This document shows, one piece after another, positions 24,564 to 36,859 of a stretch of 64,000 nucleotides of DNA (positions are counted from its first letter, which is position 1; the number at the start of each line of letters is the position of its first letter). The DNA is from Marsupella aquatica. Its lineage: Eukaryota; Plantae; Marchantiophyta. The stretch is taken from the NCBI GenBank assembly GCA_973895155.1, contig OZ316896.1, forward strand, positions 6,962,232 through 7,026,231, read 5' to 3'. The notes under the pieces were generated by a model, which saw nothing but the letters and a program-made list of their open reading frames with translations, had not been told where the DNA came from and did not search any database. The translations under genes were made by a program, and so were the position numbers.

Positions 24564-26651
24564 TGTCACGCGATTGACATGGGTCTTAACACCACAAACG
24601 TCACTATGGGTGCCAAAATCATCTCCTTGTACCTGAGGATCACGAAGGGATGTTGTGAAGGCCGGTAAACACCAGTTTATGCCCTTAACACCAGACTATC
24701 ATAGCAAGACTCCGTCACACATCACCCAAGCTCAATCCCTAAGAACCAAGGTTGGGAATCAGATCATGTGCTCATGATAGTTCTGGTGAGAAGGGGTCTT
24801 CATATCGGGCCCATACACACAGGGCCTAGCACTATGGTGCGCATATGTCTATACGTATGCTTACTGTCATAGGTATATTTCTATTCCACCACCGGAATAT
24901 ATGTACCCATAAACCAGTGACTCCTGACTGATTCCCGGCTTAGGGACTTCTAAGCCATTGCCCCACCACTCTGCCATTCCACTCTCAGCAATCAGAGCTG
25001 TGACAGCCCTCACCCAACCCACTTCAATGCACCCGGTACACCTCTCAGTGGCGTTGCTAGTCCCATCATACACTCAGATTGCCTCACACACACACACATC
25101 CATGAGAGAAATGAGGCCTGAGAGGAAAACTCAATTAGATTCAAAGATGTGCACAATAGTTCACTGAGAACACTTGATCCGAACACTAGGCCCGAAGGCT
25201 GTCTCCTCCAGATTGCGACGTGCTTGCCCCGCAAGCCCCGTGCTTGCCATGCAAGCTCAATCCTGAACCTGAGCCCGACTCACTCCAGATTGCGACGGCA
25301 GATTGGACTTGAACCAATCCCGTACTTGCCTTGCAAACTCAACCCTGAACTCAACCTCCTTCACTGCACTTCATTCTTGGGGGCACATACAGATCTCACA
25401 CCTCTATTTCATAATGTCAAGTACGCAGGCACAGTTGACTCGACTTCAAAGCTGGTTCTAGGCCTAACGACGATCTACCCCAGACTATAATGAGGCCCGG
25501 CCTCATGCTTGCCTTGCAAGCTCAGCTCTGGCCATAAATCCCTTAGTGCTCTCTACCAGACAAAGGCCGGGACTCCCCATGGATCACGTAGCCTTGCCAG
25601 ACTAAACTATAAATGCTCCTCCTGCTGCCCCTCAATCAGTATCTCAGCCTCCCTAATGTACTCACCGCAAATCACATTGAAATCCTCCCCACAGTTTACA
25701 ATCACCAACACATCACCTATCACCAAGGCTCTATATCGGGGGAAAAGAACCCAATTGTGTTGCCTACTAGAAAGAGCCACAATCCAGCTTGCAAACCTGA
25801 CCAACTGTTGCTGTGAAGCGTGGCTGATTACTCCCTGAGTAATAGCACAACCAAGCTCTCCCCAACACACAACTTCCAAGCCCAACCTTCCTTGCACAGA
25901 GCTCCTCCCTGTTGCTCAGTCTACGTGAGATCACACAACTGAAGTTCCCCCCAAGGGCCTCTACCGGGGGGCTGCTCTATATACTCTCATACTGAGCCCA
26001 AAATGGGTGGATACTACGCTGCTGGAGCCACATCCCAGCCCTAACAGAGCCGCCACTATCTCTAACTACTGAACCCTAACTCGCAACTTTATTTCTATCT
26101 CGAATTGGCTATGTTTTTCGGATTTGGCCCTCCTCCATGGTTTTCACGAGCTTGCGTCTCCTCTCCCGATTTCTCTATTCAACCATTTGCTGCGTGGATA
26201 GCAGCGTTTGAAGCGGCTTGAGCTCCTCTTTTCAACGAGGTCAATTATAGCCGATTTGGTCAAATATACAGAAAGTTATGCCCCCGTAATCGAGAGGGGG
26301 TACTCACTGCTATGCTAACCCGAGTTACATAGCTAACCCGAGTTTGGCTAACCTAGCTATCTTATCTAACCCGAGTAGAGCTAACCCGTGGTCTCAGGTA
26401 GGCCGCTACCCGCTATCCGCTAACCTAGGCTAAGCTGAGCCCGAACCCGAACCTACCTATGCTAACCTGAGCCCGAGTTTAGGCTAACCCGGGATCAATC
26501 TAATCCAAACCCGGGTTAAGCCTAAGCTGAAGCCGTGCTTACATGAGCTAAGCTGAAGCCGTGCTCACATAAGCTAAGCCGTGGCCGAGCTTAGGTTTAC
26601 CCGAAACCAAAGCCGAATCCGCTAATTCCGGTCACAAGTTAACCTGTCACA
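24564..26651. mobile_element. LTR-like remnant with internal repeats
   Basis: TGTCACG...TGTCACA ends, repeated CAGATTGC/CTTGCC motifs at 25070-25530 and a GCTAACCCG array at 26310-26600. No TSD found. Confidence 0.4.
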
Positions 26652-26939
26652 CTAATCAAGCCGTATCTTCCTTAATACACCTCCGTTTCCCGAGTGTTTT
26701 ATATCTATTTTACTCACCTTGACCAGATCTTTCCAATGCTCTTTACAGATCTGGATTTGGTGACATATTGAAAGAGATATGATCACCGACCACCCGCGAC
26801 ATAGCTTTTATTTCCCTACTCTTAACGCCATGATTGCCCTTATTCTTGCCATCTTGCTAATTGTTATGCAATATCAATAGCTACTCCTCGCATACAGCAA
26901 CCTAGTTAATCAAATTAAAGAATAAGGACCATGTCATCG

Positions 26940-28392
26940 GCGTCACAACATGCGTCAATGAGAGCCTTTCAAATGAAGAACAAGATCGGATTGTTGGAAG
27001 CTTATGAATTGGATCAAAATTGAGCTGGTGGACAGATTGTTGCCTTTGTTGCATACATTGAGGGATATCACAAGGGATATGGGCCAACCATTTTTGAACT
27101 TGCATATCGGAATGCAGATACTCTTGGATCTCTTGATGCTTTTGAGAAAGCATCAAATCTTTTGCTTGAGTCATCTCCAAAGTATGATTTCCATCGTACC
27201 CAACCACTTCACGGGGATCTTTGCACAAAGTTTGGAAAGTGAAAAGGTCCAGCTTTTGCAAGAGTTGGTGTTGAAGGCTCTCATTGACATGATAGGGCAA
27301 TGCAAACCAAGGCAGTGACCAGGGATGTACATCCTAGAAATTTATATTTGGATTTTGGAAGTGTCAAAGTGGTGGAAGATACGCAAGATGTTTTGGAAAC
27401 TTCTAGAATACTTCATCCCTCAATGTCTTCTAGAGGTCCAAAAGTTGTTTTGGACCCATCCGTTGTGATAATTCTTTATGATAATGAAGAAAATGGCACT
27501 GATATGTCGGTCCATTTCATGAAGAAGCTGTATCTCCTCTTGGTAGGGGAACCGATTCAGATCCAACTCGGCAAATTCTAACTGTACATGAAGTAGACGT
27601 TCCATTTGGGACTTGGCACTTTCGAAGGTGTGGAAAAGGAAATGGTCTAGTCTGCAATGGGTCTATGGATCAAACCATTTCTGGAAGAGACAAGTGTAGG
27701 AACTTCATCAAGGAAGTTGGGTATCACAAAAAATCATGCGGTGTTGTTGGGGTTGCAATCCATGGTTTGAGGATCACTTTGCCGCACACTCAACTCCTGT
27801 AATTCTGTCCAAACAATATTTGTCACAAAACAAGGGGTCGCAAAGCCCAGAGAGGCATGACTTTGTGGTAGCTCACTTGAATTGAGACTGATAGGTCTTG
27901 GGTTCAACTGTTGTGGCTGACACTTCCCAACTATTGTGGCTGACTCTTTCTGTGGGGTTTCACAAATTTCCCCTTAAAATTTATTTAAAAAAAAACAAAA
28001 AACAAAAAAAACAAGGGGTTGCAAGTTGATTTCCCAACTTCCTTTAGTTCCCAAATCTCTGAAAGTTCATCAAGGGACAAGATTAACACCTCCTGAAATC
28101 AACTTCTTGATTTAGATGGGTACATTGAGGGTCTCTATTACATGGACTGCCAACCAGATGGCATTGTTGCTCCTCCAAACCAGGTGGAACTTTGCATTGA
28201 CATAAACTCTTTTCCAACAGAAGGTTGATGTAACCTACCCAAATAGACGAATGAAGACACGAAATGGAAAAGGGACTCAACAATGTTTCAACTTCACAAG
28301 AGAACTCTTGAAAAGGATTCAGGCTGCAAATGAAGAACAAATGAGGGTCGTAGCTTCTGAGAGAGTCGTCCAAGGAAATGGATGGGGATCAG
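26940..28392 (+). mobile_element. Decayed MULE-like (SWIM) transposase fragment, paralogous to 61870-64000
   Basis: Translates MRAFQMK..IGLLEAYELDQN*AGGQI...GPTIFELAYRNADTLGSLDAFEKASNLLLESS and KTRNGKG...GNGWG, matching ORFs 62424-63449, 62239-62523 and 61870-62217. Confidence 0.8.
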
Positions 28393-28394
28393 AG

Positions 28395-29083
28395 TTCACA
28401 TATCTAGAGCTTTTGGTTGGTATCCTTATTTATGTAGCTGGGCCCAACCATGGGACTTATCTGAGCATGAATGGCATACTCAACCACAGAAGCTTTGGTC
28501 ACTTTTGCGTGATAAAGCTATTAGAAAACTTTGGAGTGATCCTAGCCCTAGATTATAGTATTTTCTGAGGGATATAAACCCCATGATGTTGTATGAAGAG
28601 CAAGAGTATCTTAGAGCTCCCATTTCTATGAGGTTGAGACAAGTGATTGCTAGATATAGACTCAGCTCACATCACTTGGAGGTAAAGAAGGGTAGATGGA
28701 AGGGAATTAGGAGGCAGGATAGGGTGTGTAGACTTTGTGATAGTGGTAGCATTGAGAATGAATATCATGTATTCATAGCATGTAGACGGTATGAGGAGGT
28801 TCAAGTAGCACATCAAATCCTTGTTTCTGATCTACATGATCTATTTAGGTTGCCACCAAAGCAACTTGGATTGTATATCATGGCAGTGGATAGGAAACGA
28901 TGTGATAGCATTACACATTAGTGACTCTTAGGGTCCTTAGTTTGTTATTAGTGAGGATGTAGAGATCCTCACATGAGCATTTGACTCATTTCTTTGCTTT
29001 GTATTTGGCTGCTTTTTTTTTTGCCACAGCTCCCTTGACTCATTGGGTTGTCGTGGAGCTTAGAATTTGACTTTGACTTTGAC
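28395..29083 (+). mobile_element. 5'-truncated RTE-X-like LINE with 3' UTR and (TTTGAC)3 tail
   Basis: ORF 28583-28921 with the RLSSHHLEV..GRW..CRLC..H..C zinc-finger-like C-terminus. Near-identical to 21681-22088 and 38110-38698. Confidence 0.88.
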
Positions 29084-30531
29084 AAAATGAAATCGACGAG
29101 GCTGCATCTAATAAAATGAACTCTTGATTGAGTTGTTTCCTGCTGCACATTTGTCTGGCCAAGCTAAAGGAACTCTGGAAGGATTGCCCTTTTCATACAT
29201 TGATGTACAAGAGCGCTCTTCACTCTGGAACTCTAGAAGTGCATGTGTGTTGGAAAGGTACGATTTCAATGCTGCTGAAATTTTCTTTTTCTGTAATATA
29301 CTGTTGTTGTAGGATATGGTGGGTGGTGCTATGAGGACATTAATGTTGTGCTTACTTCAACCGAGACAAAAGCTTTGCTTGGCTGCTGCAATATGTGGTG
29401 CCAACAGAGTCTTTCTGCTGAGATTTGATTGGATTTGTTTTTGTAGGGCAATGATGAGTTGCCATATTGGTTTTGACTGGTCTACTCGATTGAAGATAGG
29501 CCAGATGTTTGATTCGTTTGAGGAACTGAAAAGCTTAATTGTTGACCATGGCGTGCATACTGAAAAAATTATTTAAACCTACAAGAAAGATTCGACAAGA
29601 TACCTGGCACATTGTAGAATGAATGATGAATGTGAAGAGAGTGACAGAAGATGTCCTTGGCGAATCCGAGCCATAAAAAAAAGCAGAAAAATTACAATCG
29701 TGAAGGTAGACACTGAACACACTTGTGAGGTAGCTGACCATTGGAAATGGTGAATGCATACTAACTCTGATCGCTTGGCACAACAAATAATGGAGATTGT
29801 CATGAGAAATCAACAAACCAAAGCTTCTTTGTTGCGGGATACAGCCCAAGCCTTGGTTCATCCAGATATCAAGTTACTGCTTGGGCAGCAAAAAAGAAGG
29901 CATTGGAGAAGTTGGATGGATGAGAGAAGGACTCTTTCTACTTGATTCCACCTCATTGTCATCACATTTTGCAACGGGATCCTGCTGCCACAGTTAAATA
30001 CTCAACACCAAATGGACGGTTCCATAGTTTGTTTGTATGCCCGGGAGCGGTTTGGGAGGCATTCAAGCATTGTCGGCCTTTGCCTGGTTGCTTTTGATGG
30101 AACACATACCAGATCTGCATATCCTCAAATTTTGCTCATAGCATCAGCACTTGATGCCAATAACACCATTGTCATGCTAGCTTACTACAGGTACCCAATG
30201 AGAACCCTACATAATGGCTCTATTTTTTGCAAATGATTAGAGATGCTATTCCTGAGTTAACAAACAAGACACACTTTATTCATTTTTGATCGAGAGAAAG
30301 GGTTATTGGATGGTGTGGAAGAGGTTTTCCCAAGGGGATTCCATGCCTTTTGCTCATGGCACCTTGCAGATAATTTCAGGTAAGTCTATTCAAGCAAGTT
30401 GTTGCACATGCACAGTCATAGTCTCTCTTGCTTACTATCTTGGTTTTTCTCATCATACATGAATGAAAATTACAGGACACATTTCAACAAGCAAGCAAGC
30501 AAGGAGTTTGAGCCGCTAGTATATGCAACTA

Positions 30532-33500
30532 TGTGATGCCTAGTCAGGAATCACTAGGCCAGTTTAAATGGTAAAATCAGGAGTGTACCCTGGAAACACA
30601 TTAGTATAGTAACAAAAACAAGGAAAATATAAACAATTAAGGGTGACTATGGAACCCGAGCCGAGGCCGGAAGTAAGGACGTCGGGAGAGGGAACACAAT
30701 TAGGGTTAGGGCGCGCTAAGTACCAGCGGCTATGGGTAACTAACGGGAAGGAAGACCAGGCAAGGGGGTAAGGATCGATCGCAAGGAATGGTGGCTCATT
30801 TGCAAGCATGAACTAAGCATACGACGACGTGAAGCTACTACTGTCAGCTGCTTAGGCAAGCACTTGGGGAGGGAGCAGATACCGACTATCAATTCAAGGA
30901 AGGGTATGAGCAACGTCAATCAGGCTGCTCATTTTTGGGGATGCCTGTTAGAACGGGCAACTGAGTACATTGGGACCTACGAGGACGAAGAATCAGAGAG
31001 AGCCGCTCAAGAATGGCAGGAGCTTGCTCGATTGTGGGAGCTCTAGAAGTCTGCCTTCTTAGGAGGAGAACTCATCACGGCTGAATTCCTGTGGACACCT
31101 ATTGGCGATGAAATCGATGATCTTCTGTTTAGTGAGAACAGAATAGTCGGCATTCGGGAAGCCATCAACCACTGCAACAACATACACTGGGAGTTGAAGG
31201 GTAGTACGAGGGGTGGATGAAGGCAACCATGCTAGGAGAAACATCCATGGCAGCAGCTATGAAGAGGAAAGGGAATGCCAATGAAGTGACCACCCCTACA
31301 AAGAGAACAAGGTTGGCGGCACCAAGGAAGCCAGCCGAGCAAGGGAGGAGGAGGCAGGACAAAGCCAAAGAAGAGGAGGTCGACCCCATCAATGTTGTTC
31401 CGACAAGAGATGACACATGGAAAGGCTGGGCAAAAACCCTCCCCGAGGAAGTGCAATTACACTTTGCACGTGAAGAGGATGCATGCTTTATGGCTATGCA
31501 GACTCGGAAGTACCAGGGCTTCATGGTTGGATTCGGCTTGGAAGCTTTCGTGAAATTACCATGGCTGAAGCCGGAGGTGCCGGATTCAGACTTATTAGAA
31601 TTTGTGGGATCATGGGAACCTGAGACCAATTCCACAAGGGTGTATGGGAAGGATTTATATCTCACTCCCCGGGTGATTGTCGAAGTGTTTGGCTTGCCGG
31701 TGGGCAATAAGACCAAAGTAGATACCTGGAAGACCTTGCCAGACAAGGAGTTCCGATCATTCCCAGGGCCATCAACGAAGAATGGCTTCTTTCGGAACAC
31801 CTGCACCAACCCGCACATAGGAGAGATCATCGATTTCTTGCGGGTAACCATGCACTGCAACTTGCCAAGGCCAGAGATCGGCAAGGCACAGGTCTACCTA
31901 GCGGAAAGGCCAGACCCAAGCCGGGACTACAACGGGTACCTCCTCACCCAACTGAGAAGATCTTGAAGGAGGAACAGCAGGCGATCGGCATGGGAAGCAT
32001 GTCCCGGCTTGGCTATCACATGCCGCTGTTGTGCCGGTATGCCCGAAGTCAGATCTTTGCCCTAGTACTTCCACTGCAGGCAAGGGCACCAGAGGAGGTT
32101 ACGGAACAGAGGCCGGCAACAGAGAAACCAAACCAGCCCAACAACCTACAATCGAGCAGGTGTTTAGGCCGAGGACGGAGGACTTGCCGATGCAGCAACC
32201 ACGCATGCAAAATCTGTTGAAATTGCTGGAGAAGGAAAAAGAACGGCAACGGCAACAGGTACAAGACACTCCTTCAGAGGTCAGCCTAAGCCGACTCATG
32301 AAGGAAAACCCCTTTACCGGAGCCAAGGAAAGAAGGTTGCCGGAACACAAGCCGGGGGTTCAAATGTATGTAGGAGCCTCGAATCCTGTAGCCGAGGGAA
32401 GGCAGCCTAAGGCTCCTGTTCAAGGGAAATAGAGGGAGAAGACAGCCTGGAAGCTAGAGGAGGAACTAGGACCTGCTAGCTATGATCAACAGGAGGCCGT
32501 GTTCACGGCCAGACCAGGGGAGCAGCGGGGGAGCCGGTAGTCCAAGCAGTGGAGGAGGCAGTGGAGGACTACGGCAATGATGACTCCGGCTATGGGTTGG
32601 ACCATCATGTCCCAGGAATAAAGACCTGTGGCCATTTCATCCCCACGCTTCCAAGAGTAGTTTGAGGGGACCCCACCCAGCAGAACAACCCCGAGTCCCC
32701 CCCGCCAAATGTCACTCCCCCGAGCTTTGACGGCATAAAACAGACGGCACAAGAGTTTCAGGAGCGACTCAGGGAGGAAGAGAGGGCAGCCCTAGCTAGG
32801 GAGAAAGATTTACCAGGGGGAAAATGGCCAGAGGACATCAGGTGGCTTGCAAAAAAACGAAACAACCCTCCAGCCATGATAGAAGAAATCCGCAAGGCGG
32901 CTTGGGAACAAAGGCCACGGTGGTTGATGCCGATGACTTCTACTCACTCCACCTATGCTAAAGAAAGAGCCATGGAGTACGGGGAAATGTGTGGGGAACT
33001 TGCGCTCAACATCTTTGGGGAGGAGTTGGAGCAAGGACCTTTTTTCCAAAGGGAGATGTTGGAAAAATGCCGATTAGAAGAAGCGATGGCTTTGGAGAGA
33101 AGAAAGAAAGACGAGGTCATCCGTCGACTTAGGGCAAGGGAAGCCGAGGTGGAAGACCTGAAAGCGCCAAGAAAACCCAAGATGAGCTGCGGATTAAGCG
33201 GCATGAGCTAAACATCATGCAGGGACAATTGGATACCGCCCAGTCTGATAATCAAATTATCAAGGATAAACTGACTCGGACCCAGGGGAAGTTGGCCGTT
33301 GCGGTCAAGGAAAGGGAGAAGTGGAAGCGGGAGCTGAGGGACGCAGAGGAGGCCCACATAGCAACCAACAATCGGGCCATGGCGGAGACTCAGAGAAGGG
33401 AAAGAGCGTTGAAGGGGGAACTCGAGGATATCTGCGGAGCCCTTGAGTAGAAGGAGGCCGAGTTAGGGAAATCCTATCAAGGGATTATTGTGCTACAGCA

Positions 33501-35231
33501 GGAGCTTGCATCCCTGACGGCCAACTTCAAGGCCGACCTGCGTGAGAAAGACGACCAACTCGATCAGACTTATGCCAAGATGAATAAAATGGAGTCTGAG
33601 GTCATAGTGGAGCTCGACAAGGAGCTAAGAGCAACCCAGGAGGAGAGGGCTACCTTACAGAAGGAATTGGAGGAAGCCTAGAAGGAGCTGGAGGAGGCGC
33701 GCAAGGACCTGGACGAAGTGCAAGAGGAGTTGGAGGAAAGCACGAGGAAGATGGAGAACTTACAACGGCGAGCCAACAACCAAACAGAGCGGTTAAAGAA
33801 ACAAGCCGCAGTATTTAAGTGCTTGGCTTCATCAAGTCCAATTGGGGCAACCAAGTTGCCAGGAGTAGTACTGGCCGAAGGACAAGCTGCGACACTCGCA
33901 CCGGTGCCGGAGATAAGTGGCAAGGGGAAGGGACCAGCTGCCAAAATAGGGAAGAAGAAGAAGCGGAAACCTTTTGGGTCAGGGAGTAATGCGGCTTCTC
34001 AAGCCGTCGTGACAGAGGAGGTACAACCGGCGCCAACCTCAGGCAGGATCACGGTAGATCCACCCCTAGAAGGCGGGGATGGTAAGGCCGAGGCCGGAAC
34101 AATCAGTGATGAAGCCGGGGTATCGGATCCTCCACTAGAGCATGTCGGGGAGGCCGTAGCCATATTAGAGGCCGTGGCCGATGCTGAGACCGAAGCCGAG
34201 GGTGGACCCAGTCAGGCCAATGGAGAGTTGACTCGGTCCGGGGCAGGTAATCTGTCAGAGGACGGACCTACGGCAGTGGCTGCGGAAGAAGCGTTGGGGG
34301 CATCCATTGAGGATCAGCCACTGCTACCATGACGGTGGTGGAGGGCCGCTCCTTTTAAGGAGGGCGGACGTGGAGGGAGGAGGCGTGAGTGGGCAGGGTG
34401 GGCTCAGATCTCCAAGTTTAGAATTAGGATCAGGACCAGGAGGCGGCCCTGACACTTAGATTAGTGGGATTGCGGATCCACTGGTAAGAGCAACACTTGT
34501 GCTCCTGCCTTGTTGTACATAGGTAGATTACAATTAGGTAGATTAGGCTTACGCTGCAAAGAATTAGGAGGATCCACTGCCAGGATAAGTACCTGGGCTG
34601 TGGGGAGTTCAGGGCCTTCTTCTTTAGCAAGTTTTTAGTGCACCACCAGGGCTGGGATCAAGTAGTAAAAGAAGCTCTCGGTTAGTTATATTGTGACCCT
34701 TGTGTATATTCACGTTTCCTCATGCCTAAGAGATGAATAGAGTTGGCCTCACGGCTTAGTTTGCAGATCTTGTGTATGAGAAGTACTGTTTGTATGGCAA
34801 GTGCATGGTATAACTCAGTCAAAAGGAGTCATTTTGCTATTTGTGTGTTGCATTAACTTGTTTGAAGATTGCCCACATCAACCAAGAGAAGGGAGTAAGC
34901 AAGGTAGTAAGAGTTGGATGTGTCGAGCTGAGAGAGGTCTTAGCGGCTTACCCAAGCCAGTTGGGGATCATTCCGACGGCGGAATCCAAACATACCTAAA
35001 GGAAGACCAAAGAGGAGACCAAGGGAAGACATAGAAGAGGCCAGCTACGTATCTCATGACCCGATGAAGGATCTGTCCAGTATATGTGTGTAAAATGTTA
35101 ATAGAAGGAGGTTAGCAGCGTCCCATGCCGCTAAGCCGCGAAACTGGCCTCGACAAGGGCAAAACCTGCGGGAATCGGCTTGTGCAAGGGGGTTTCTTGC
35201 ATGGGTTTAGGGAGCCATGGGACGCACCACA
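30532..35231 (+). mobile_element. 4.7-kb TG...CA insertion with a 5-bp TSD (probable giant solo LTR)
   Basis: Termini TGTGATGC...GCACCACA, flanked by AACTA at 30527-30531 and 35232-35236. Removing it restores the MULE frame (LVYAT|TPEQF). No internal LTR pair or pol seen. Confidence 0.85.
31217..34332 (+). pseudogene. Broken long ORF inside the insertion: NLS-like start, plant-transposon-protein-like domain, coiled coil, acidic tail
   Basis: Consecutive + strand ORFs 31217-31966, 32031-32432, 32876-33211, 33217-33450, 33490-33681 and 33718-34332. The segment LPW...LLEFVGSW...TRVYGKDLYLTPRVIVEVFGLP resembles Gypsy accessory-ORF domains. Confidence 0.6.
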
Positions 35232-36859
35232 AACTACTCCAGAGCAATTCAAAAGAAGATTGGACCAAATTCAAGACATAAATGCTCCACTTGCAGATTA
35301 CATTGAGAGGACGGCATCCTTAGCACTACTCAAGAGCTTACTGTCCAGTGAGAAGGTACGTTTATCTTACAAAGTTAAAACTATGTCATTTTGTGGATTA
35401 GAGATGACTGTAAGAACTCTGTACTTATTGAAAACACTTGATAATAGGTGGGGGCATGAGACTAGCCAAGCAGCAGAGAGCTTGAATAAGGCGTTAAAGC
35501 CACAACGACAAGAAGTGGATTCAAGTAGTCTAATCTCTTGTGGGACTACATGATGACTAAGTTCTTTGACAAGAGAGAATTGGCTATGTCCATCACTACA
35601 CCATTCCCTCCAAACATAATGACAACTTTGAAACAAACTGAGGAGAAAGCTACTCTTCTTCTTGCTGATGTGTCATCACATGTTGAATGTAGGGTGACTG
35701 ATTTTCTTGGGAGACAATTTCTAGTTCAATTTGAACCCGAGTGGCTATGTAGTTGTGGTGATTGGTAGGACACCCTTTTGTCTTGCGTGCATGCATGGAG
35801 GGCATGCACCAGGTTGCAAAAGAGACAATTTGACTTTGTTTCACCTCTCTACTCCATTGCAGCATTCCAGTAAACATACTCTATTGTTGTTCCTGCCACA
35901 TTGCAGACTGATCTACAACCAGACTCATGGTGTGGTCCACCATTGATTAGGCGGAAGAGGGGTCGACCATCCGAGAAGGCCAGATTGAGGTTTCCAGAAG
36001 AGGATCCTGTCCGCAGGCCACGACAATGTGGCCATTGTGGAGAAGTTGGACATGATAAAAGGAAGTGTGCGGGTAGGGATGCATTCCTGTCTCAAGGTAA
36101 AGGCACAGGACCTTCCATGGGCAGCGCCAAAGTTGAGTCAAACTATGACAATGAAGTGGAGAACATCTCCAACAACAACTCAGAGTATGAGGATAGTCTT
36201 AGAGCAGACTCAGACATTGAGGATGAGGATGCAGAGTTTAGGGTTGATGCAGTCTTTGCAAGGAAAAAAGCCTACATCTCAGATGATGAAGTCGGGGATT
36301 CAGTCACAAGGTTGCATTCACACGAGGTTCTAGATGTAGCACCCTCACAAGTAAATGATGTAGACTTCAATAATCCAATGGATAGTACTTGAGGTCCCTC
36401 ATTCAGTTGAAGCATTGATGCAGCTATACATGCCTCAGGGAGAGGATGGGGGACCTGTGCAGCAGATGCTCAAGCTCTGGTTGATGGACTAACATGTCCA
36501 TGTTCATTGTTCAACACTGGTGTATTTGCTGGAGGATGGGCAAGTGCAATGATTCACTCTAGCATCTCATGCAAGAAGCGGAAGCACTCACTTAGGAATC
36601 CTAACAAGGACCAGAACATGCCCTCAAATATGATAACAACAGCAGACCACATCACTCCAGCAAGGGCATCCTTAGTTATGACTAACATCTCAGCAAATGC
36701 CATTTGCACTAGGCTCTGCAAAATTGTAATTCAAAGTTCAAAACGGTTCAAAATTGAGGCAGTTATGGTAGATTTAGTTTTGCATTTTAGGGTTTGCTCC
36801 AATCTGCATTTCCGCCAATTTGTGACTTTGATTGCTAGGACTGTGAGACAACTCTAGGG

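Larger units (their letters stand above)
29451..36392 (+). mobile_element. Mutator/MULE transposase pseudogene, interrupted by the 30532-35231 insertion
   Basis: MuDR domain LKIGQMFDSFEELK...CPWRIRA. DDE motifs AFDGTH, IIFDREKG...FCSWH and TSQAAESLN. SWIM CSCGDW...CVH, then KRGRP and knuckle CGHCGEVGHDKRKC. Intron at 30380-30475. Confidence 0.88.
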
